In this document: piece after piece, positions 1 to 14,211 of the stretch | How the letters are laid out: each line of letters starts with the position of its first letter | Numbering within the stretch: the first letter of the stretch is position 1 | DNA from: Octopus bimaculoides | Taxonomy: Eukaryota | Assembly (NCBI RefSeq): GCF_001194135.2 | Contig: NC_068984.1 | Span: 66,009,323 to 66,073,322 of the forward strand | Length of the DNA stretch: 64,000 nt | Direction: 5' to 3' | Position numbers and translations under genes: made by a program | The notes under the pieces: model-generated | Told to the model about the DNA's origin: nothing | The model's database searches: none | What the model saw: only the letters and a program-made list of their open reading frames with translations

Positions 1-734
1 ATATATATGTTAATCATTATTTTTAATACTTTTCTCACTGGATTGCATGTTCATTTCTCTTTTTGTCATCTGTGATTTTATTTTTAATCTTCTATATAAA
101 TGAAGATATTTCCTCCATCTTGCTGCATTTCTCTCTACAAAACAGAAAGTTACATTGCAGAACAGTCATTTTAAAAAGTTGTATTAATTTATCACCCAAT
201 GAGATACATCTGCACCATGAAATGCTCCTGAACCAGTTGTTGAGTGTCTTACCCGAGAGGAATCAATGCTGGATGTGTCGAAACTATTGTCATGATTAAT
301 AATAAATTCTCGTATATTCCATCTTCTGTCTTTCATTTTCTATATATATATAAATATAATATAAATAAGAATAAAGAATATAGAGACTTATACATCCACA
401 ACATTTATTTAATAGTTGTATACAGCATATTATAATGACCTATACATGTTTCTGCTGCACCTACACATGTAGGACATTATAATATCCTGTATATAACTAT
501 AAAATAAATTTTGTGAATGTACATGTCTCCATACTCTTTATTCTTATATATTCCAGACAATTTTTACTATCCAGCAAAGAGTACATGGAATTGCTAATTG
601 GAATATTTCACAGAGTGACTAACATCTGAATATAGACACAGATGTTAGATACTGATCATTGTGGTTAGCCGTTAACTGGAACTTAACTGAGAGCTAATAC
701 AGTATCCACCCAGATAATATATTCCTCCAAACTC

Positions 735-737
<3 letters not shown>

Positions 738-764
<27 letters not shown>
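738..764. repeat. (AT)n microsatellite
   Basis: Perfect AT dinucleotide run read directly. Confidence 0.95.
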
Positions 765-768
<4 letters not shown>

Positions 769-1424
769 CATAAAATGTGTTGTCATATGTCTGTGCCTTC
801 ACATCCATAATTATGAGTTTATACATATATTGTTATTTCACTCTCTTGGATACAAAAATACCTTAAGCTCAGTATTACATATTAATAAAGAGTCACCAAC
901 AAGTGTACAATGATCGCTATCAAAATTTATTTTGGAACATGCATTAATTTATTTATTCATATTTATGAATATTTTAGAATTTGAAAATCTAAGTGAAGTG
1001 TGAAGCACAACATGAATGAGCAGTTATTTTTATGAAGAGAGATTTAAAAGAAATATTTTTCTTTTTAATATGTATTTCTATCCACAAATGGAAAGTGAAG
1101 TTGTAAAATAGCAAAATTCTTATTATTTATAGGTAACTGGAATAAAAATGTGTTCTTTCCTTTCATTTATTTTTTTCATTATTCTATTCACTTTTCTAGG
1201 GAGATGAGCAAAAGTGATAAATATAAATGCAAACAAATAAAATACAAAAGGATAGAGGCAAACAAAATTAATTATATCTCACTTCAATGTACGACACAAA
1301 ACCACAGCTCATAACAGAAATGCAAACTAATTATCTTTACATAATGCTCGTTATTCTCAAAGATAATTATTTCAATGTCTAATTATGTATGCACATTAAG
1401 AAAAGAAACATAGACAGACAGATG

Positions 1425-1888
1425 GATGCATGCATGCATACATACATACATACATACATACATACATACATACATACATAAGAACATACATGTGTACATA
1501 CACACACATATGTAAATAAATAAATAAACCAGAAAGGAGAAAGCTAATTGGAAGACTACAGAGTCAGACCATCACTGGAACTGTAAAAATCTGTAAAACT
1601 TTCTAGAAGTTTATCTTTTAAATATATTTGAGCATGTCTAGATATGCAACTATATGCATGAGAATACATACATAAAACATACAAATCTATTCATACATAC
1701 ATACNNNNNNNNNNNNNNNNNNNNNATATACATACATACATACATACATACATACATACATACAAACAAAAATAGCCTGTTGTTGATGTTGAAATTCCAA
1801 TGAAGGATCCTTGGATCTAGATTAGAAACTGGTTCTTTCTCTGTTGGCAAGAAATCTTGAAATAGACACACACACACATATACATACA

Positions 1889-1932
<44 letters not shown>
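1425..1932. repeat. Cluster of (CATA)n and (CA)n microsatellites including a 21-bp N gap
   Basis: (CATA)n at ~1425-1510 and ~1690-1765, (CA)n at ~1866-1932, N run 1705-1725. Confidence 0.9.
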
Positions 1933-1935
<3 letters not shown>

Positions 1936-3549
1936 TAGCATAGTTTTTCCAAATGCTCTTCCCCAAATTCCCTCAATTTGAAGTTAAATCTGTTAATTTT
2001 TAAATCCTCAGTAGGCTAAGTCAGATCCGATACTATAATAATTTTATTTAACAACTTTTTATGCCTTCTCATCATATATTTTAGCAAACAACATACTTCC
2101 AAGTTAGAGAAATTCCTATCTATCAGAAGTTCTAGTGTGTAGCAGTGCTTTCACCTATATTCTGCATTTAGATTTTTTCAGATGTTATGGCATATTCAAC
2201 TACCTGTATATAATTAGTTATATTAAATGCACTAAGGTGGAAGAGACACGAGCTTGAAAGAAGATAGCATATGCCATTGAAGCATACACGGTTTCTTGTG
2301 ATTTGACAAACTTGCAGTGCCTGGCAGTAACAGAATCAGCTACTTAGCAGATGATTTGTCCTATTTTGCTTAGAATTGTGTTTACATGTTGTAAGCAAAC
2401 ACAACTGAATCAAATATTGCTTCTTTCCTTAAAGAAAATTTTACACTATTTATTAAGGAATATAATTTTAAACCGTTTAGTCAAATCAAGAATAACTGTA
2501 TACATACAAATATGTATACATACTGATTATTCTATACAAGCTAATGCTTGTATAGCCAAGAATTAAGAAGCAAATTAGAAGAAAGAAAAACATGAAAAGT
2601 ATGAAAAATAAGTAAACTCTATAAGTACTGTAGAATTTAGCAGGTGTTCATTTATTGAAAAGAATATTGTGTTTGTAAGCATTGTGTATATATGTATCTG
2701 TCTATTTACATATGTATGTGTGTGTATATGTATAGATGTGTATGTGTGTGTAAGATCGTTCCAGTAAAATCTGTTCAAATTTATGTGTGAATAAATTTGA
2801 ATACATGAAACAGTCACAGCCCAAATAGCATGCTGCCTTTAGTGTATTATGTATCTGTGCAAGGGTGTGTGTATGAAGTTTTGCACAAATGTGTGTGTTG
2901 GTGAAAAATAACCAATATATTAAATATTTTCTGCCATCATAACTAACGCAACCATGGAAATTTGTGGTAATTCAAATTCCCAGTATAATTGTCATGCATC
3001 AATCTCATCAGTGAATAAGATTTAAGCCAGATAACAAAGTATTAGACATAGAGACATGTTTTGCAAATGAATGCAATAAGGAAAATCAAATAAAATAGTA
3101 AATGCGAGAAAAACCTGAGATACAGCCAGAGCTCCAATGCATAATATATGAACAAAATATAACAGCATTTAGAAAAAATATAGTTACACAGTTTTTTATC
3201 TCTTCAATGCAAACTGCTTGCTAGGGGTCTTATTTTTTAAACAGCACTAACAAAGAAATAACAATAATACTGCCTAAAATAACATTAAAACCCTTGAATG
3301 GAATTTTGAAATAATAAAGGGGGGAATGTATTTTGAAATATAGTTTTCGAAAGTGAGTTCTTTGAAATTCAAACCAAGCTCTATCTAGTATGTTATCTGC
3401 CTTCAGAATTTTACAGTAGCCTGCAATTTGTGTGCAAATCAAAAGCCCACTTTCATGACAATTATATTGTACACATTATAGACAAGTACAACTAGTACTA
3501 TCTAGTGCTTCTAAATATTATTGTTGATATTATCATTATTTATCTATAA

Positions 3550-3760
3550 GGTTCTCAGGTGCTGACAGTTCTCCACAAGTTAGATGACATGGTCAGCAGT
3601 ATGTCAACCTTTGCATTCTGTAGAGAATTAGAAGTGAGCATGAGCATTTTAGGCATTGACAAAGATTGGCAGAACAGTTTGAGAACAATGAATAACTTCC
3701 AGAAATCACTAGCCTGGCAGTGGTTCCAATGGGCATTGTTAATAATTTATCCAGGATAAA
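3550..3760 (+). mobile_element. Decayed L1/Tx1-like ORF2 C-terminal fragment
   Basis: STFAFCREL..ILGIDKD..MNNFQKSLAWQ aligns by eye with STLAFYRGL..TLGIDED..MANFQK in the 54745-55089 minus ORF. Clade assignment is from recalled family motifs. Confidence 0.5.
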
Positions 3761-5149
3761 CTCTACAATTATATAATAGCTATCAACCAGGCATAGAACA
3801 ACAAACAACTATGCATGCACACTTTCAATATCTAAATACCATTTACTTGTATGGTTACATCATCACCATTATCATCATCATGAGGATGAAAAAAACAGAG
3901 ACAGAATACCAAACTTTAGAGTTTAATCCCTTTACATTGACTATATATCCTAACAATGCTGTCTTCTATCTCTTCAGATAGAATAGGACAAGTGATATAC
4001 TCAAAGTGATTTAATATACTTCACCACTGAACAAAAAAATAGCTTTGTATAACTTAATGAAATGAGATTATTTTGTTATCACTAAAATTGCTGTGTAATA
4101 AAAGACCAAATCTTTAGCTTCAACTGTGCTACATTCCTGACAATATCTATTCAGACTAACTTTTAACTATAGCTTGGTTCTGTAGATGAAAAACAGGGTA
4201 TTTATTTTCTGATCTGATTTTATAGAAAACCTTCTAAGTGACAGTTGACATATTCAGTAAATGAGCTTCCAAAAACACAGAACAAAATGAACAGTTGTTA
4301 TCCAAACTGCAATGCAGAAAGAAGCTACCCAATACCTAGTAAAATAATGTGCCAACAGTTGTCATCCATCCTTCTACAGTACACACATTACTACCTTTTA
4401 CTTAACCAATTGTTATTTAAACATTTCCTAACTGTATCTGACTAGGCACATAATCGTTTATAGAATAATCAAAAGTCAATCTTGATATAAGCGTTCGTCA
4501 GATAATTTAAGCAGTTACATGAATTGACATTGTAGCAAATGTGATTACACAGTTTATGTAACACATGACTTTGATAATATTAAATACTTCATCACAGAAA
4601 TTAGATGTTGCATCATTTTCAGACTAAAATTTCTGAAATGTTGTAAGCAGGTGACAATGAGGTGCACAGCATCAGAAAGCTTCAACAAAGGCGAAACATG
4701 TCTATCATTATCATGAGTTGCTGAAGTGATATATATATTGTGTTTTTAAGACAAGTCTATAAAGAGATTTTATTTCAGACAATTCCTGCCTTCACAAATA
4801 GTGACTTTAATTTAATGCTGTTTTAATTGCATGGACTGAGTCTTCTGATAGCTCATTAATAGTGCTTTGCTCATTAGTAGTGAATTCTTCAAAGACAATT
4901 GGTGCTCCAGAAGCTCCACAAGCTCCACAAGCTGCTTTGACATAACAGTTCTGGTTCAGTACTATTTCCATTGAACAATGTTACAGTGTATCTTCCACCA
5001 TACTAGGATTTTCCACCTGCAGCAGATGTTACAAAGGTTTGTGAAAGTAGAGGCTTCTTTTAACTTGTACTGGTTAAAGCATTATTTAAGAAACAGTGAT
5101 ATCTTAACTGAATGTAAATAGTCACGCAAAATGACTGAATTACATTTTG

Positions 5150-5328
5150 CTCTTAATATATATGTGTGTCTGTGTGTGTATGCCTATATATATATGTATA
5201 CCTACATATGTGCTTGTGTGCTTATATATATATATATATATACAATGCACAATATATACACATGCATGCAAATAGATATATATACATACATGAATATACT
5301 TACATATACAGGCATGAAGATATATATA

Positions 5329-5366
<38 letters not shown>

Positions 5367-5680
5367 NNNNNNNNNNNNNNNNNNNNNNNNNNNNNNNNNN
5401 NNNNNNNNNNNNNNNNNNNNNNNNNNNNNNNNNNNNNNNNNNNNNNNNNNNNNNNNNNNNNNNNNNNNNNNNNNNNNNNNNNNNNNNNNNNNNNNNNNNN
5501 NNNNNNNNNNNNNNNNNNNNNNNNNNNNNNNNNNNNNNNNNNNNNNNNNNNNNNNNNNNNNNNNNNNNNNNNNNNNNNNNNNNNNNNNNNNNNNNNNATA
5601 TATATATATATATATATATACGCGGGCAAACACACACATGCACACACACATACATACACACATGCATGCACACACACATG
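5150..5680. repeat. Compound (AT)/(AC) microsatellite spanning a 231-bp N gap (5367-5597)
   Basis: Direct reading; explains the YIYI/HTHT pseudo-ORFs. Confidence 0.95.
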
Positions 5681-6659
5681 CATTTGTCATGTGTCACCTA
5701 TTTATACACACTGTATAACATGGTACTTAATGTCTTGCCTCATAAAAAGTCAGTCAAAACAAGAGCGTGCTTGCAAAACAAAATGCTCGCATACATTTTG
5801 TCTGTTACGTAAATAATTAACTCAAAATAACATTAATAAAAACTAGAAATAAAAAAAACAAGTGAAATAAAATTATCATTCAAATATAGGAAAAAAAATA
5901 ATAAAAAATTTACACTTAGCATATTTTTGTTATGTGTCGTTTGCTTGCATAAACAGATTATAAAAACGGCAACTTAATGTGTCACTGTATGATAATTCTG
6001 TCGATATACAAGTGTACTATTTATTCTTTTTTCTTTTCCCAATATGAGAATATTAATTTCATCTCACTTGTTTCATTTTTGATCCTTCCAGAATTTATTA
6101 ATTTTCTTTTTAGTAAATTAAAAAAAAAACATGGAAAAATTGCAAATTCAATTCATGTTGAACACAAAATTTATGTGAGCATATTGTTTTAGCATGCATG
6201 TTTTTGCCTCAATCAAATTATTGTAAGATGAGACATTAAGTTGCCATCTGTATACAAACAGGGAACATATGACAAAAATATATAACTCGAATTATTCATG
6301 ACTACATTGATAAACAATGTTTGTGAACAAACAATTTTAATTTAGCAGGCATGAAAAGGAGTTGGTGCACTTGTTATTTTATAATATTTATCTTAGGATA
6401 GGAAATGTTTCTTGCATCAACTCCAGGGAATGTTATACAAAGTTATAAATGCAACACTACACTGAATACAAAATATTTATCTTTCAAGTTCCCCAGTCTT
6501 ATATACATCCAACCCATGCCAGCATGGAAAAACAAAGCATGTTAAATGATGATAATGATGATGATGACGACAAAGATGAATATGATGATGATCTTGATGA
6601 TGTATGTACAACATCCATATATGCATATGCAAATATACATAAACACACATATACACACC

Positions 6660-6895
6660 TATATGGTGGTTGTCTACTCCTTATGCAGAATTTGACCACC
6701 TCCTGTAGCTACACCTTAGCAACATCTGATGTGGCTTTTTAAACCAGACAATGTTCTGAAAAGACACCCACCTACATAGATTGTACCTCCGATTTGGACC
6801 ACCAAGTTCTGCTCTTTGTGGATCTTAAAATGTCTTTTGAAGCTTCCATTGGATTTGCAAACCTTATGGCATACACTGCATTCAAAGGTGTACAC
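6660..6895 (-). mobile_element. Double C2H2 zinc-finger remnant, probably the C-terminus and 3' end of an RTE-clade LINE
   Basis: CSVCHKVCKSNGSFKRHFKIH is a canonical C-X2-C-X12-H-X3-H. A second degenerate finger ends RTLSGLKSHIR, resembling the RTE SxIGLxSHxR terminus. There is no TGEKP linker, and a short UTR runs into a microsatellite. Confidence 0.5.
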
Positions 6896-7037
6896 AGACA
6901 TACAGGCATAACTACATACATATATATTTATACATGCATATACATATCTTTCCATATACATAGATTTCCTACATGAATATACACACACATATACAGATAT
7001 AATTATATACTTACTTACATATGAACATACATACACA

Positions 7038-7245
7038 CATCATCATTTAACATTCTCCTTTCCATGGTGGCATGAACCAGATGATTCAACGTGTACAAAG
7101 GTACCAAAATACTGAGCCAAGTTTCGATATCCACTTTGGCATGGTTTCTACAGCTGGGTACCCTTCCTGATTCCAGTCACTTTACAGAGTGTACCAGATG
7201 CTTTCTTTCCTGGCATCAGCACTGGTGAGGTCACCAAGTACTTGA
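7038..7245 (-). mobile_element. Interspersed repeat with (GAT)n tail (retroposon 3' end), copy 1
   Basis: Shares TGGCATGGTTTCTACAGCTGG.T.CCCTTCCT with copies at ~50385-50577 (+) and ~55085-55200 (-). The minus strand ends GTTAAATGATGATG. Confidence 0.7.
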
Positions 7246-10129
7246 ATGAAAGACATAGATGGCACACTCAAACACACACACACTCATATACATATGCACA
7301 TATATAAAGTATATATCACCATTACCATCTCTTCTATGTTTGCATGGGTTAGACAGAATTTGTTGAAATAAATTTTTGTATGGTTGGATGTCTTTCCTGT
7401 TGTCAACTTTCATTTGTTTCCAATCATTTACCTCATAGAAGATAGAAAATGAACATCACTTGAATGATAGTGATACTACTCATTTACAATCATCACATGT
7501 CAAGACTAGGGGTCACACACACTCACACACACACACATGTAGATCAGGCTCCTTTCAATTTCCATCTATTGACTCTAATCACAAGGCTTTGGTCATTATT
7601 TTTATATTACCTTCCCTTTCACTTCCCCTTTGCACTACCACATCCTCCTCCTGCACACATTCCTCTTACATACACTATGGTTACATCTACACACCATCCT
7701 TCTACACCCCAACTATCTCACACCAGTACACCCATACAGTTGCACACCTCCAAAGACCTACACACATACCAATATCACCACATACTTTTCCCTATATGCC
7801 CATCTCCATACATGGAAACCCTCCCATAGATACATATCCACATTACAAGCCTCTTCCTCCCTTCCTAACTCCTCTGCATAAAACTACATTCCTAACTTTT
7901 TTTAAATTTATTTCCAGACACCTTTTCTCCTTTCATATTTTTCAAACCCCACTTCCTGATAGTTTGTTTTTTCCTGATGAAGAACTAGCACCCGAAACAT
8001 CATTGCAATTTTTTAATATAGAAAATACTTTGATGCATAATTTCTATCCATTAAGCTATATTGTCAGTTAAAAATTGTAATAGTTGTTTTTAGATTATGG
8101 TAAAATAACTGAGAATAAATTAGATTCCATTGAAACCTATAACAAATGTGTGGTGAAAGAAACATTTATAATATATGAATTTCCAAAAAAGAAAATTACA
8201 GATATGCTTCACGGTGACATGAATAACACTAGCATTTATTTTTCTTTTTAGACTATGAAATAAAATCATAACTTAAAATTTGTTATATGAAAATAATTTC
8301 AACATGGCTTCAATAACTAGAATATAAAATTGACATTTTATATCTAATCTCCATACAGATTCATGTTTCTGCATATATAATTATCTTGAAATATTTTTTT
8401 TTTAAATGTAATCAGAAGTATGCCAACTTTGCCATTGTCTGTTTCTTTACTTACTTGCAATTTCTAAAATGTACAAAGAAAAGTATATTATATTCTTTTT
8501 TCTTTTCTTTTCTTTCTTTTTTTTTTATTTCCTTTAAAATTTGAATCAGGACCCAGATAAATAAAATGGAACTCAGAAAAATAAGACATAAATACAGGAA
8601 AATATTATATAAAACCAAAAAAATTAAATCAAACTTTCTGAAAACTACTGTGCTGAATTTATCAGGAAAGGAAATATTGAAAGGAAAATTATGAAATAAA
8701 AAAAAAAGCAGGTTAATCTTATTAGAAATATATTTATGTAACAGAATCTGTACATAAAATGTGAAACTGCTTTGACATTTATGATATGTAATATTTTAAC
8801 ATAAGCCTGTCTTAAAAATAAATAAGATATAAACCACTGCTTTAACAACTTGCAAAATGTGAGTAACAACAATTAACCATTTTAAAAAATGTTAACAGAA
8901 TAACTATTTTTAATGGAAAATCAGAGTAAGGCAAAAGAAGAAAGAAAGAAAGAAAGAAGTCTGTTTCTGTATGTGGGTATTCAGTAATATTAAATTGTTG
9001 TACACTTCAAAATAGAGAGCTGCACAAAAGAAAAAAGCAAGGGAAATTTTGCGTGCACACATACACATCTATATATGTAAAGGCATTCGTTGTATCTTTC
9101 TTCTACAGTTCTAAATTTTTGACTGATAACTATTTATATTTAAGCCCATATCATATTGTAAGCAGAATTTATTAGATATTCATCTATAACTAAACTTCAT
9201 TGTATTTATATCCCTGTTGCAAGACAAGTTGCTATTCACTTAAGCTATCTGCATGCATTCTAATATTTATCATTAAAGTAACATATCTACTATGCTTCAA
9301 ACCAAAATGACAACTCTACTGAATAGTTTTGTCAATAAACTGCATACAACTTAATCTGTCACTATATGAAATATTGTGTAAATTGCAATATTGAATATTA
9401 TTCTTCAAATATATCAGGTCAACAATAAACAAAGTAAAAATTCAGCCACTGGGAAGAAACTGACATCAAGAAATAAATATTAAATATTATTTAAATATTC
9501 ATTCTGATTTGCTAGAGTAAAATATGGATAGATTCTTCCAACAAACTGTCTTTCATAGCAAGATAGTAACTTCTTTTATTTTATAACTTTTAATGATTCA
9601 GCTCTGAATGCAGAAACACATATGTGGATTTAATTATATATATGAAAAAAAAAAAGCATTGATCAGAGAGCAAACATCAAATTCAATGACTTTATACATA
9701 TCACCACGCCTCCAAACATTTGATCATAAATAAATATTACCATGGCCTTTCAACGTATAAAGAATACATATGTAAAAACACAGAAGGTAAAAAATATATA
9801 TGCAAATACAAGTACAGATATATAGAACGGCCTATTAAGAATGTATATACAATTGACTAAAAATTCTAAAGCGTGTCATGTGACTAAAAATCTAAATAAA
9901 ATATCAGTTGACTAAAAAGATTTTTCTTACTCTCCTCAAGCAAAAAAATATATGTCAAAAAAATTCATTTAAAAAACCATGGTAGGTTGGAGTCCAGGAG
10001 CATAAAAGAGTTCCACAAAATCAAGTCAAACACATCTATGGCCATATCAGAAGTTCACTGATGTGGTTCAATTACAGGAATCTCAACAAATTATTTGTTC
10101 ACTGATTGTTTACTAGGTACGAGGCCCCA

Positions 10130-11380
10130 AAACACAGAGATCATAATACAAAGACAGACAAGACAGTACAAGTGGGGATATAAAACATACAACAATGAAT
10201 GAAAAAATGAGAAATGTGCAAAGATGAGGATGGACGTCCTTGCTTGAGCCCCACCCTCAAGCAATCGAATTTAATGTTCTTTACAGTTCAATAAATGATT
10301 TCACTCTGGAATCCATGATATCACGGACAAGTCTATGTCCTCATATTTTACCACTGGGGACAGATATTTATACTTAACCCTCTCTGGTGTACGATGTTTC
10401 CATGGTATTTTGTTTTAAATCAAACCACTTTTTATCACCTAAGATGCATTTATCTTTGGATCCAGTCATCATTACTATGACTACATCTTTAAATCTATCT
10501 ATAGTTCTCTCAATTGCCTCATTTGTTTTACACAATATAAAATGTTCTTCCTTCCATTCTGTGGTCTGCTCTTCTGCCTTTGTCTTCTTGCTGGACAGCT
10601 CTTTGTTGCTTTCTCCTGTCATTGTTTGCTGCGATGTGTTACTTTCTGTTGCTGCTATTCTTTGGTTGCTTTTCTTCTCTTCTTTTTGGAAGCTTTAGGG
10701 GACAAGTCACTCTTACCTCTTTTTCTGGTAACTGATGTGAACTCTTCCTCGGTGTCAGTTGGATCTACTCTGCTTTTCTCTTCTGTTTCTGCTGCATCCC
10801 CATGGTCCAATGGGATTTCTTCCTTCATTCTTAGTTCAATTGTGCTTTGAGGGCACATCTTTTTTGATGTCCTCCTTCTGGTCACATCCATAGAAAGTGA
10901 GAGGTCTACCCTCCACTGTAACGTTTAGTTTCTTCTCGTCTGGGAGTTCAATTATCACTGGTATCTTGTTCATATCAGCCTGAGTTATCTGGACTAATAA
11001 CTCAAGCCTGTATCCCGCCCAGTTTAGCTTCTGCATTCTTGTTGTCGACACAATGCTGGGCCCTTTTTCGGTACTGGATAGGACAGCCGCATTTCCTATA
11101 GGTACAGTGGAGTTCTTCTGTGGAAGCAAATCTCACCTCCACTGTACCGAATTTCCTTCCATGTGTATAAAAAGTCACTTTTTCCTTTATACACTCAAGG
11201 CACCTTTCGATGTCCTCCTCCTTCGCTACTTCTATTTTCCTTTCCATCAGGTTGAGGGACCTGCATATAATAGTTTTATTTTCCACTTCTGCCCCCATCC
11301 TTTTCGTAGTTTATCGATAGGTATAATTACCTCTCTTAATTCGAACACATACAGCCATGGCCATCCCATCTCTTTTTAGT
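10130..11380 (-). mobile_element. Frameshifted L1/Tx1-like ORF1 (RRM-like region, degenerate zinc knuckle, charged tail) plus putative 3' UTR
   Basis: Overlapping minus ORFs 11002-11298, 10836-11129, 10655-10891 and 10374-10622 form one broken frame: KFGTVEVRFASTEE, then VTVEGRPLTFYGCDQKEDIKKDVP (cf. V.VEGRP..C..C...GH.KK.CP), then a K/E-rich region. GC is higher than in the flanks. Confidence 0.65.
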
Positions 11381-13824
11381 ACATATTTATCTTGCAAAAA
11401 TGTGAATAACAAAAATTAACCTTTTAAAAATATTAACTTCATCACTCATGTTACTGAAAAATTAGAATAGACATATCAGCGAAAATAAAAATATTTTTCA
11501 AATGAGAAATTGCAGAGTGAAAATTACAAAAAGACTATAATAAATAATATCTATATGAGTCCAATATATATTTGTGGAACGATTTCTTTGCAAACAGTTT
11601 TAGATGCAAGTACTGCCAGTTGAAAGTTCCACATACTAGATGCTAGCAAGTTTATAGGGTCATCAGGAGAGAATACATGCTGTTTTGGGGCCTACTTCTC
11701 AATGGCATCATTACACACCGGCCCCATCATTGAAAAGAGGCCCCACTTGCTGTGTCTTAAATGAACTTAATGAATGAATATGTGCATATTTAGGTGTACA
11801 TAATCAAATGTATTTAGTGTATTTTGGATCACATTTCCAAGTGTCTCTATGTACTTTAGACAGCAAAACATGAGATGAAGGAGATTGGTTGTAGGAATAT
11901 ATTCCTGTACTTACAAAAATTTTAGTTTCTGAAAGTGCAGGAAAATAATACGTTTTCATTCTTGGTATCAGTAAATTGACACTTTCATCTCTGAGCATGG
12001 AATGATAACTAGAATTTGTATCTGAACTCTATGTTTAAAACAGATAAAAATGTGCATATCTCAAATAAAACCAGTTAAGACTGAATAATATTAAACAGAA
12101 ACACCTAAAAATTAAGAATATTATCCGGAATTGGTAATTTGTCAACACTGCATCTGACAAAATTGCATCACTACTACCAGCGGTTGCTTGAGGACCATGA
12201 CTCATAATTTGAAACACATTAATACACTTTCCTTTCAAAATCTTTCATCTTCAGCTGTCTCTAACTCATCTCTTAGAATCATTTAATCAAATTTCTGTTG
12301 ACTTTTATCAGAGCCTTTTTAAAATTTGCAGTATCTCATAAATTGCAAACAATCTACACATTTGTGTATTCCTTAGGTATTCATGTGTAGTGATTCTCAA
12401 GGTTGAAAAGTTGGAAAAAAATATTAAAAACTACTAAAACAACACAATATGTAACCAAACATTTGCATACAGCCAAATTCTGTACTGATGACCTATCTAT
12501 ATTCAGAATGCCCAATCAAGATTTCGTTTGACCAGATTTTAACACAGTTTGCCAATTCTGGCTAAACTGGGAATTTGGCTGAGTGTCAAGTTTGAAATTC
12601 ACAGTAAACTGAGAATAGAGCACAAGCATGTTAAATTCTACCTGACTCTTTTTTTTATATATAATTCTAAATGTGCAACTCATCTGATATTTGTATCAAA
12701 CAGTCAAGAACTGTGAGTATATTCTGTCTGATTCCATTCTACAAACATATTTCCTAAATCATGTAACTTTCCCTTTAACAACATTAGATTAACTACCGAT
12801 TAAAGGATCACCACCCCAATGGAAAAGTTAATCGAGTGTATTTATTTCACACATAATATATATTTCTGTTCATATTGTATCCAAATTTCAGATAGAAATA
12901 AATCCTCAGTGAGATTGAACAATCTTTTTTTTTATGTCAGAATACTTAAATCAGTAACAAAGTGAACTTCTATATGAATAATATCATGTTTATTCATATA
13001 GAATAAATCTAATCTTTGTTTTTATTCAATCACACATTATGAGTTCTCAGAAAATTATATTAGAAAATGAATAAATTAACAACTTGCAGCTAATGTTAGT
13101 CAACCAAAGCAATAAACTGATGTGTCTTCACTTCTCAGAAAATAAGTTACATAATATTTTTTTTAAATATTTCACACCGGTGTCTGTATAGCTCCTCTAC
13201 AAACACTTTACATGATCTTTGTAGTGAAATCCAAATATTGTAAACCTCTTCAGGGTATCAAAATAATGTCTGAATATTCAATACATTGCAATAAAATCAT
13301 CAAGTTTGTTTTAATTCACTTAATGTGCTACTACTCAGATAATTCCAATTTAGAATTAAGGGGAAGGGGGGAGATATTAGGAACAACTAAACAAAATGTC
13401 AAATGTTAATTGATAAAAATGAATAAAGAATTGCAATTAAGTTACCTATTAGTAAATAAATGGCATACTTACACAGTAAGATGAAAATAACTAGAAACAT
13501 GTTTGTGTGTGCATCTCTAATAGTTACTTCCATGTACACAATTTGTGCAGGTCAACTTTATCATCATTTGTATGAAATTTTAAAAATTTGGTTATTTAAT
13601 AAAATGTACATGGTTAAGAAAACAACAGTAGAAACCTGAAATCTTAGTTGCTAGTATTAATTTAGTTATTTGCCTAAGGTTCATATTCTGGTTGCCTCAA
13701 TATAAATTAATCTTAATCACAGCTAGGTGAGAATATATCTAACTTTAGTTATTACCATGAAGTCCAATTCATGCATTCATCAATATATATCACATGTATA
13801 AAACTATCTATTATAGAATACATC

Positions 13825-14211
13825 AGTGGAGGCGCAATGGCGCAGTGGTTAGGGCAGCAGACACGCGGTCATAGGATCACGGTTTCGATTCCCAGACCAG
13901 GCCTTGTGAGTGTTTATTGATCAAAAACACCTAAAAAGTTCCACAAGGCTCTGGCAGGGGATGGTGGCGAACCCTGCTGTACTCTTTCACCACAACTTTC
14001 TCTCACTCTTACTTCCTGTTTCTGTTGTGTCTGTAATTCAAAGGGTCAGACTTGTCACACTGTGTCACACTGAATATCCCCGAGAACTACGTTAAGGGTA
14101 CACGTGTCTGTGGAGTGTTCAGCCACTTACACGTTAATTTCATGAGCAAGCTGTTCCGTTGATTGGATCAACTGGAACCCTCGACGTCGTAAGCAACAGA
14201 GTGCCAACAAC
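13825..14211 (+). mobile_element. Full-length tRNA-derived SINE with 12-bp TSD
   Basis: A box TGGCGCAGTGG, B box GGTTTCGATTCCC, CAACAAC tail. TSD ATAGAATACATC at 13813-13824 and 14212-14223. Confidence 0.92.

Noticed and set aside
5131-5816. Long ORFs of 127-254 aa in the ORF track here and at 16.6, 19.0, 23.4, 34.3 and 39.7 kb
   Set aside because: They are translations of dinucleotide repeats and N gaps (YIYI, HTHT, X runs), not coding sequence.
7974-8005. CTGATGA...CCCGAAAC hammerhead-like core
   Set aside because: Stem II pairs at only one position and stems I and III cannot be formed. At most it is a very decayed Penelope relic.
7460-8071. 203-aa H/T/P-rich ORF
   Set aside because: Low-complexity C/A-rich strand bias plus a SINE fragment at ~7540-7590; no domain motif.
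13825-13900. tRNA-like A and B boxes (also 48640-48700 and 56200-56275)
   Set aside because: No complete cloverleaf, and each continues into a SINE body. These are SINE heads, not tRNA genes.
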